Assembly (NCBI GenBank): GCA_051453625.1
Contig: JBOZIK010000001.1
Coordinates: 5,936,382-5,959,157 of the forward strand
Source of the DNA: Welwitschia mirabilis
Taxonomy: Eukaryota
DNA: 22,776 bases
Direction of reading: 5' to 3'
Position numbers and translations under genes: made by a program. Below the pieces are notes generated by a model that was not told the origin of the DNA, did not search any database, and saw only the letters and a program-made list of their open reading frames with translations. The stretch's first letter is position 1, and every line of letters begins with the position of its first letter. This document shows, piece after piece, positions 12,541 to 21,737 of this stretch.

Positions 12541-13349
12541 TAATACTCACATTTGTAGCTCCAAGGTTTTTAAATTTAGGACACTTTCTCATGACTAATT
12601 TGGAAAGGGATTAAGTAAGAAAAAATTTGCTAGGAATAATATGTTTTTACTTTCTTCTTACTAAGTCCTTCCATAACTTAAAATATTTAGGATTTTCTTG
12701 CAAGAGTTTCCAAAAAGGCAAGTTAATGTTGAATTATTGCATTAAAGTTTTTAAGCATTTATTAAAGGTAGGATTTGTATTCAATTGATTAAGACAAGGA
12801 GTGGATGATTTTTTCCCTTTATTTTCTTGTGAGGCATTTTTAGTGGAAGTTCTAGTAGGTGATGTTAAAGGGAAGTTGTATGAGTCTAAAATTTTTATAT
12901 CATCTTCCTCATTTTCATTATTCTTAGAAGTTGAAGTCTTATGGATAGGAGGTATTGTATCATTTTCAATTTTTGTTAGTACTTTTAAATCTCTCCTAAC
13001 TTCATTTGGGTTGGGTAATGGTTAAGATGCAAGAGACCGTTGTGATCTTTGGTTAGGAAGCACTATTTGTTGAAGTACATCCACTAAATTTTCAATATTA
13101 CTATTGGTCTTTTTAATGTTGTTATTGGTTCTTTAAATATTTCTATTGGCCTTGTCTTACATTTGTTTTAACTTCTCTATGGATTCCTTGAGTGAATCAT
13201 TCTGATTTTGTTAAAAGTTTGAATTTCTGAATCTATTTTCAAAAGGTTTTTATGTTAATTGTACACTTAATTTTTTTTGAAATTGGAGTTTACTTTTGAA
13301 GTTAGGTGTTCTTTAACTGAAAGCACAAATTTCCTCAAACATGCTTTCT

Positions 13350-14200
13350 TTATAAGTTGGTAATAATGGGCATTCTTTCATTGGATGAGAGTTATCTTTA
13401 TAAATTTCACAACTTGAAGTTGATTTTTCATTCTTTACTACTTTTGCATCAACTATCATTTATGTGTACTTCTCTAAACTGGTAGTAAAATCTTTTATCA
13501 TGTTTATTGAGTCTTCTCTTTCTTCTTTCTTTTTATGTTTAACTTTCTTTAACTCTTTTAAGATTTAAACTATATTTCAATTTTCTTTAGTGGGTTTAGG
13601 CCAAGTTTGGCTTATTTCTATAAGATTTTCTAACACACTTCATGCTGCTTCTAAGACTAAGTTCAATAAATTACCTTCACAAAAAAAATCTACAAAGTTA
13701 GAGCATTCAATCCACTATAAAAATAATCTACTAGCTTTTCTTTATGAAATTTATTAATAGGATTAGAATGACTAGATATTATAAAATGTTCATAGGCTAT
13801 AGCATAATCCTCATAAGGTTGTTGTTGAAAGTTGGTTACTTCTTTTCTTCTTTTTCTAATGGGAATTTCACTCAAAAATTATTTGATAAATACTTCTTAT
13901 ACTTGACTCTAATATTTAAGACTTTTATATGAAATGGTTTTAAGCCAAATTTTGCTTTTCCTCTAAGTATAACTAGAAAAATAATCATATAGATACAGTC
14001 ACTAATACATTTCTTTCCATTTCTTGAGGTAAGTACAAGTTGTTCAATGTCAGCGAAATGTTGGAAAGGATCTTCCTCATATTCCAGTAAGAAAGTTGGA
14101 TATTCTACATCATCTCAGGGAGGTAAATCAAAATGATTTTGAATTTCATATTTTCTATTAGTAATTAAATCTCTAAGAGTGACATTTGCATTCAATGAAG
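13350..14200 (-). pseudogene. gag: Gag with zinc-knuckle remnant (degenerate)
   Basis: Peptides EDPFQHFADIEQL, LRGKAK, NFQQQPYEDYAIAYEHF and LVDYFYSGL. CEIYKDNSHPMKECP at about 13368-13412 is a CX2CX4HX4C remnant. Confidence 0.85.
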
Positions 14201-14548
14201 AAGTTCCTATTCTAATTGGGATATTAGATGAAGCAACTTGCTTTTGTTTTTGCAATGATTTCAATACATTCAACATATTCAAAGAAGAAATAACATGATC
14301 TACTTCTATACTATAATTTTCTTTCACAAAATGTGATACTAAAATAATAAAAATAGAAAAATATTCTTCTTCAATTTTAGGAATTTGTGTACTTAGAATG
14401 TACATACCCAGATTTAACTTGAAGTTAAATAATTCTTCTTTGATGTTTTCTTTAATTAGGTTTTATTCTCTCTTATATTTTGTCTTCTTACCAAAATTTA
14501 CAATGTTCTTGCATGCTTAAATAAAAAACCAAAATAGAAAACAATAGA

Positions 14549-14895
14549 CCATCATCTGCCTAGTCATGTGGATGATAAGGAGCATGATGATCACAATAAC
14601 AGAAATTCAAAACTCAGAAAAATTACCAAAGTGAAAAAATAGATTGTCATCTAGGCTATTGTAGAAATGATAGAGAAAATAATAGTAACTTTATAAAAAT
14701 TTAAAAAAAAATTGAAAACTTATAAAAGCAAAAAGAAGTAGACTGCCATCTAGGATGTTATGGGAATAATAGAGAAGATGATAGTAACTTTATTACCAAA
14801 CTATAAATAAAAGAAAAATTGTCAAAGTAGAAATTAATTTTAAAATTTTAAAACTATTGTACCTGATGTCGTTGGGATAACATAAAGGATGACAA
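14549..14895. repeat. Four copies of a ~42-bp dyad motif at ~100-bp spacing in the 5' UTR
   Basis: Copies start at about 14549, 14644, 14743 and 14854, e.g. ctgccatctaggatgttatgggaataatagagaagatgatag, separated by A-rich spacers. Confidence 0.75.
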
Positions 14896-15045
14896 GGTTC
14901 CTAAAAAATATGAAAAATAAAACTTTATTAAAATAAAACTATTCTAAGTTACACTAAAAATACAACACTAATTCAAATAAATAACTTGAAAAAAAGATTC
15001 AAGGTACTTATCTGATTAATGAAATTCTCCAACTCCTTGTAGCCT

Positions 15046-15063
15046 TTCCTGACAATGATGTCA
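15046..15063 (-). promoter_or_regulatory. Primer binding site, tRNA-Asp type (Athila)
   Basis: Minus strand TGACATCATTGTCAGGAA, 3 nt inside the LTR, versus Athila-type TGGCGCCGTTGCCGGGGA. All 7 differences are G>A or C>T. Confidence 0.8.
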
Positions 15064-15066
15064 AAA

Positions 15067-15780
15067 TGTTGCAGTGTGAGTTTATGTAATCCTAAAATCC
15101 TTTAGGTACACTTGTAAATCAAATTACTTATATAAAAATGCATGCTAGTATAGATAGGAGTTCACCTAAATGTTGTAATCCCAATGAAGACACTAGGCTC
15201 AAAGTTAGAGAATTTATTTCCAATGGTAGTTTTAGTCTTTTTATTTTTTAAGAGTTGAAAGTAAATAAAAAAGTAAAATTCAATGCAAATTGAATGGAGA
15301 TGAAATTCAAAATAAAATAAATTCTATTAGATCCTAATTCTCTTATCAAAAGAACTAGCTTTTCTATAATTTAAATTAATTAAGAAGAGTACTTAACTTA
15401 TTCCTAATTAATGTGAACTATGAGATATACCAAGTAGAATCTAGAANNNNNNNNNNNNNNNNNNNNNNNNNNNNNNNNNNNNNNNNNNNNNNNNNNNNNN
15501 NNNNNNNNNNNNNNNNNNNNNNNNNNNNNNNNNNNNNNNNNNNNNNGTTTTAGTCTTTTTATTTTTTAAGAGTTGAAAGTAAATAAAAAAGTAAAATTCA
15601 ATGCAAATTGAATGGGGATGAAATTCAAAATAAAATAAATTCTATTAGATCCTAATTCTCTTATCAAAAGAACTAGCTTTTCTATAATTCAAATTAATTA
15701 AGAAGAGTACTTAACTTGTTCCTAGTTAATGTGAACTATGAGATATACCAAGTAGAATCTAGAATGCAAGGTGAAATGGA
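15067..15780 (-). repeat. Truncated 5' LTR of the main element, containing a gap and a local duplication
   Basis: Starts TGTTGCAGTGTG and matches only about the first 400 bp of 5719-6938. 15229-15446 is repeated at 15547-15764. Confidence 0.88.
15447..15546. other. Assembly gap (100 N)
   Basis: Run of N. Confidence 0.99.
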
Positions 15781-15796
15781 AATATTTAATTATAGC

Positions 15797-16307
15797 NNNN
15801 NNNNNNNNNNNNNNNNNNNNNNNNNNNNNNNNNNNNNNNNNNNNNNNNNNNNNNNNNNNNNNNNNNNNNNNNNNNNNNNNNNNNNNNNNNNNNNNNNNNN
15901 NNNNNNNNNNNNNNNNNNNNNNNNNNNNNNNNNNNNNNNNNNNNNNNNNNNNNNNNNNNNNNNNNNNNNNNNNNNNNNNNNNNNNNNNNNNNNNNNNNNN
16001 NNNNNNNNNNNNNNNNNNNNNNNNNNNNNNNNNNNNNNNNNNNNNNNNNNNNNNNNNNNNNNNNNNNNNNNNNNNNNNNNNNNNNNNNNNNNNNNNNNNN
16101 NNNNNNNNNNNNNNNNNNNNNNNNNNNNNNNNNNNNNNNNNNNNNNNNNNNNNNNNNNNNNNNNNNNNNNNNNNNNNNNNNNNNNNNNNNNNNNNNNNNN
16201 NNNNNNNNNNNNNNNNNNNNNNNNNNNNNNNNNNNNNNNNNNNNNNNNNNNNNNNNNNNNNNNNNNNNNNNNNNNNNNNNNNNNNNNNNNNNNNNNNNNN
16301 NNNNNNN
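15797..16307. other. Assembly gap (511 N)
   Basis: Run of N. Confidence 0.99.
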
Positions 16308-16329
16308 CTAGAATGCAATGTTAAATGGA

Positions 16330-18838
16330 AATATTTAATTATAGCATGAATATCCATGTAAAAGGTAGTAATGGTCATGTTGATATAATATTTCTAAGAT
16401 TTGGTCAATAAAAAATAAAGAAAATAATCCCTATGGGTTATGAAATTAGATCTTTCATATATTGGATGCATATTCTTCATAATATTCATTTTTAGCCATT
16501 GTTATTATAGAATTTTTTGGAATATTTTAAATATAACTAACTTATTGACTATGAAATACTAGATAGATAATACTAGCATCATTTAAATAATTAACTATTA
16601 CTACTTCTTTTATGTAAGAGTTAAACCTTTTTTTAAAAGGTTCTCTACAAGCTTTACATTCTCTTTCAAGTATATTTGATGGATGAATATGTTTGGATCA
16701 AACATAATTCAAATAAAAAATTCTCTATTTTATGGTTTTTAAACAAACTCATTAAGGCATCCTACTGTGGTATTAAGATTAACTTATATGACAACATCAT
16801 GTGTGTTGTTATCTTCCATAAAGAATACTTCAAATCTATAGAAAAGTTTTATATTTAACTTTAGGGGAATGGACTCTTTAGTGGAAGGTTCTTTTTATAA
16901 TGATCTAGGTAAAGGTTTGAATTTAGGTTTCCAATGGCATTTTTTATGTTTGTGTTTGGAAGTACCTATCATTTTTATGATGAAAACATCTACATTGTAT
17001 TATAACTTATTAATTTTTATCAAAATAACATTTATTTTTTCTTTAGGAATATTTGTTAAATGTTATACACATTATGCTATTATCTTAGCCTTATGTAGCT
17101 CTTTTAATTTAAATATAATAAGGGTATCTATATGAATTTATTATTAATAATATAATAAATAGGTTGGAAAATGAGACCTCTAATATGAGGTAGAGGTTTA
17201 GTTTAAATAATAATAATATTAAGTTATTAATATAAAGAATAATTCTTCTTAGTTTATTTTGCTCTTTATCACACACATAAGTTTAAAAAATTCAACATTA
17301 TTTAGTAGTATCTAAGTAGAATACATATTTACTTTCTTCAAAATCTTGAGGTCTTAAAATTGCACTAATAGATAATAAACATGTAAGAAACAATAATTTC
17401 CTAAATTATTCTTATGCTTGCATTCTAAATTACTTTCTCTAGTCTTTATTATCTCACACGTAAGTTGAAATTTAGGGTTAGGTGCATAATATGCATATCT
17501 AGATGATGGAACATTATCATTGATTTAACTCTAAATAAATGCCTCTAACTTTTTTACTATGTCCATCCACATTGACTTTCTTAAGATTAGGTGTAACTTG
17601 AGTAGGAGGCTTGTACTTTCTTTTTGGTTAAGAGAAGAATAAATGTGAGAAGTGGTTTGAGACAATTGTTTGATTTCTTTTTAAAAAATTAAAAGGTTTA
17701 TAGATTTATTTATTAACCTCATCTTAATTGTCATTCATTCTTATCACTTCTCTCAAATATTTAAAGATATGTTATAAATACTTAAATTAACATTAAATAA
17801 GTTTCTATGAATGAGATGCATTATTAATTAAAGTTTTCTAAAAAAAACTAGAGTAATTTTTCTATTTTAGATTTTAAGTATTTTAATATGATGATAAATG
17901 TTTTTATTGATAAAAAATGAGTTTCCAATATGTGAACTATGTGTTTATTTAGCCGTTGTATCTTGATAGATAGATATGTAAGGAGACTCATTGGTTTCAT
18001 GTTCATTAGAATACAAATGGTACAAATTCTATAATTACTATCTTTATAAGATTTTGAAGTTTTATGTATTTCTAACATTTTTTTAGCATTTTATGTTTCT
18101 TACTGATGTCAAGCTTATTGTCAAATTTGTAAATATCTCTACCTACAACTTTGTCTTGTGATTATAATTATATATAAGTATCTTTATTGGTTGTAGATTA
18201 TCTATCTTAATTTTTAGAACTTCTAGCTATGTTTTGTACTTTATTTCATACTTTGATAATTTTTTTTAAGTAAAATTTTTGTTCACTCTGTATTTTAATA
18301 AGATGTCTACTTTATGTAGGCAAACCTCCATAGAAAAGTCTCATTATTTTCTAAGATTTAACACCATACTAAGGTAATTACAAAAGTATATCTTTAAGTC
18401 AGTCAAAGACTCTATGAAATGATTTACTATCATACTGCATGAGTCTATTATTTGAAATCTCAATTCATTTATTTTATATACTAGAAAGTATTCTTTTAAA
18501 AATTTTCATTTGAGATATCAATGTAACTTAATAGAATAATGTTTCAAATAATGCAATAATGCTCTTATTTTTTCTTTTAAAGAATAAGAAAAAGTTTTGT
18601 TCTAACCACATCATCTTAATCATATCCTTGTGATATGATTAACATAATAGCTTCAAACTCATAGATATATTCATATAAATCTTATAAACAAGGATCATGG
18701 AACATAGAAAAATGATTCACAATGAAAGGTTTAGTTTCCATGAAATTATATGAGAAGTTAAAGTCATACAAGATGGAGTGGCTAAGAACTCATATTGTTG
18801 ATCTTTAAGAATTCTTTTAGGATTGACAGGTTGATGAC
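16330..18838 (-). pseudogene. Older Athila-type gag / partial protease / RT N-terminus relic
   Basis: Gag peptides NFMETKPFIVNHFSMFH, DLYEYIYEFEAI, DDVVRTKLF, FLKEYF and RLFYGGL (about 18310-18760). Linker SLNQKRKYKPPTQVTPNLK (about 17600). RT peptide IDQILEILYQHDHYYLLHGYSCYN*I (about 16335-16410). Confidence 0.85.
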
Positions 18839-19938
18839 TATTGTGGTGCATTTGTACAAATGATTAAGTTCAAGAAGATCTTGTCATTTAAAAATAAAAT
18901 ATATATTTACACAACACAATACACTAATATAGATGGGAGTTGACTCAAATGTCGTAATCTATCAAAGGTCAAGCTAGAAAAAGAGAATTGATTTCCATAA
19001 GAAACACTTTGTGTCTTATTAATAGAAATAAATTATAATGCAAAAAAAGCATAATGCAATACACTTATGCAAAGTTAATCTATGGAAGAAAAATAACAAT
19101 GCACATAAGCTAATAATGCTCAACCTTAACAAAGGTTTCCCTCATAACCTATATCACCTAAGAAACTCTTACTAAATTAGGAGTAATATAAACTATGAGG
19201 AATAAGAACAAATAAGCATCGAAAATAGATAAGAAGTTTTTGTATTAATAAAACTACATCCATGTTATAAGGCAACTAAACCTTAATGGAGAAAGCATAG
19301 CCCAACACCAAGGAAGACATCTCTCTAGAACTACCAAGGATGGATCTCCATCCCTTCAATCTCTTCTCATGATAAATTTTTAATGCAAGCAAAGACAAGA
19401 TGAAGTTGAGAGTAGAATTAATACTCATTGATAACAAACACTAAACAATAAGATAGATAGATAGACATGGATACAACCCTAATGAATATGCTAGAAGACA
19501 TACAAATAAATGTTAAGAGTTAGGTAAATGTTTAGTAGGACGTTATAATAGATGTCATCCTACTGATTGTCTGAATGATATAGGGGATGATACCACCTCA
19601 TAAATAATCCATATCATCTACTAAATTGCTTGTAGTAAGCATCCTTATTGGCTTCAGCTATTGTCTCTTCCATACTTTCCTCTGGATAATGAGGTGAATG
19701 ATAGAATTTTACAAGTGTTCATGTAATGAATCAACTTCAATGCTTATAGGAAATTTGTCTCAAAATTAAGAAGTATTAGGAACTACTCCAAATGTTAAAA
19801 AATGTCATTGAGATTATGTGTTTTTGTATATTTCATATCAGCTCTTCATTATCATAGAAATTTATCATAAACTTGTCTAATATCTTACAAAACCACTCAA
19901 AATACCTTATCAAATATATGCAAATTGGAAATGCAACA
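18839..19938 (-). repeat. 3' LTR (1100 bp) of a diverged sister family
   Basis: Starts tattgtggtg (mutated TGTTGCGGTG) and ends aaattggaaatgcaaca. Shares blocks tatagatgggagtt...tgtcgtaatc, ccttaatgga...aacaccaagg and aaaaccactcaaaatac with 5719-6938. Confidence 0.85.
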
Positions 19939-19956
19939 CAATCCTCCCACTTAGCC
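19939..19956 (-). promoter_or_regulatory. Polypurine tract
   Basis: Minus strand GGCTAAGTGGGAGGATTG lies immediately before TGTTGCA. Confidence 0.8.
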
Positions 19957-20043
19957 TTGTCAGTCCTTGATTAAATTAGGTGGTAAACCATGACTGCAAG
20001 ACAACTTGTTTAATAATAAAAAATAGCTAAGGTACTAAAGAGA

Positions 20044-20053
20044 NNNNNNNNNN
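20044..20053. other. Assembly gap (10 N)
   Basis: Run of N. Confidence 0.99.
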
Positions 20054-20639
20054 TTTTAAAAAATTTTAAAGCTATAAACTGAATCATGAAAAATTAGAAA
20101 ACTAAATGTTTCACCTGATTTGAAGACTAGCCATGCTATTGTCTAGGGCATCATCTGAATAATGGGTGGATAACAAGCTTAAAAAATGGTTTTAAAAAAT
20201 AAAAACATGCAATAGAAATTTTAGATAAATAATAAGTTTTTAATTTAAAGCTCACCAATAAATTATAAGTTAATGAATAAATGATTGCCCAAATAAAATT
20301 AGTCCTCATCATAACATGTAAAAATGAAGATAATCATGAAAATCAAATAAAAAGGTACATCATGCTAAACTTAAAAATTATGTGTATACAAATAATGCAT
20401 TTTAGTGTTTAAAAAAATACACATAGAGGAAGATACAAAATATTACCAAATCACTTCCCTTATCATTGCATGATGAATTCTGTCTAGGCAGCTCACTTAT
20501 GTATGGGAGGAGAAGAAGAAGGATGCTCAGGATCAGTAGGAAATAAGAGGTTAAAAAATGTAAAAATGGAATGAACCATCTCATCACCCTATATACATAT
20601 AGCCTTTGGAATATCTACTGTCACACTCTAATAAATAAA

Positions 20640-21737
20640 GACAATGATGCACTAATGCACATCAATAATCTGATTCTTAAAGTGCTGAACTCTTCTCTTA
20701 ACAATCAAGATCCTCTAGTGTAATATTTGCATTCTCTAATTAAGAGTCTAGATCCTCTATTTTAAGGTTTAGATACCATAATCTACTAAACCTCTGATGG
20801 TCTTAGTGATCTCTACTAGAAAGGTATGTATCTGCTAAAGTATAGCCTCAATCATAAGTCTCTATACCTGAGGTTGCTCTGCCTCTTTTGATACCTATAT
20901 GCTCGTATCTTGCAATTAGCAAGTGGAAGTCTAGATATGAGATAGGAGTTACTCATCCATAAGCTTTGGTATCCCAAATCATCTAAATAAAGCTAAGAGT
21001 AGGCATGAATAACCCAAAGTCTACAACTATCATACCTCTACCATCAACTTGAGTCTTCTCCAAATGAAGGTTAGTAAATCCATTTGTTCTCCCTGCCTAA
21101 AAGCTAGTAAAATCTGTAAGTGTATAATCATAGCATGACTATCATGAAATGATGAACTGATGTCATGAATTAGTCATATATGAAGTACTTTGTATGTGGA
21201 GGTTAAGTAGGTGAAAATAACTCCCACTATCAATAATCAAAACAACCGAAATATCTAATGTACCATCATAAGCATGATGCTCCTCAGTGCCTTCAGTCAA
21301 ATGAATGTGTAAACTCCTAACCCCATCTAGATCTATGACTACTATAATGTGGGATGAAAGTATGATAATTGTTTGGTTCCAAATATATGCTATAATCATG
21401 TCAATCAAGTAACCACAAGAATCTAGATGATGCTCTATTTGCATGGTGTCATAGAATTCTCTCATCTATAATACATAATATAATCCATGCACATCTATAA
21501 TCCATCAAAGTTAGATATTTAAGAGCCTTTATAAACCTCAAGATTATCTAACTTATGAAATCTCCAAAATATCACTTGACATAAATGGTAGCAGTTAGTA
21601 TCATCAAAGAATATTTGTGTCAAGGTGGAGGATGTACTGGCTCTGCATGCTTAACCTCTAGTGATACTAATGAATCTACCTCCTACTCTACAGCCTTAAC
21701 CTTAGCCTTAGCCTATCTATATCTATGTGTACAGGGC
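20640..21737 (-). pseudogene. Decayed env-like / accessory ORF of Athila type (putative plant transposon protein-like)
   Basis: Sense orientation between pol and PPT. Peptides MREFYDT (cf. LVREFYAN) and LLAFRQGEQMDLLTFIW...TLGYSCLLLALFR*FGIP (cf. G..vdlg.iI...LgfPsLIT.Lc...GVp). N-terminal G*G*G*GCRVGGR and a heptad-like C-terminus. Confidence 0.7.

Larger units (their letters stand above)
5719..15780 (-). mobile_element. Near full-length, inactive Ty3/gypsy LTR retrotransposon, Athila-type (non-chromovirus)
   Basis: Two direct LTR copies, PPT, tRNA-Asp-like PBS and domain order gag-PR-RT-RH-INT. It has a single RNase H, no chromodomain and about 2.1 kb between INT and PPT. The reading frame is broken by many stops and frameshifts. 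Confidence 0.92.

Noticed and set aside
11398..13932. Plus-strand ORFs 11398-11703, 12801-13025 and 13744-13932
   Set aside because: Antisense shadows of RT, linker and gag with no independent protein features.
14549..14895. CRISPR-like repeat/spacer appearance
   Set aside because: Repeats are highly degenerate, spacers are related A-rich DNA, the context is a eukaryotic retroelement, and there are no cas genes.
15716..16378. Three long ORFs of 192-218 aa
   Set aside because: Artefacts of translating through the N gap.
19451..19466. (GATA)n run
   Set aside because: Only 3-4 units, so trivial.
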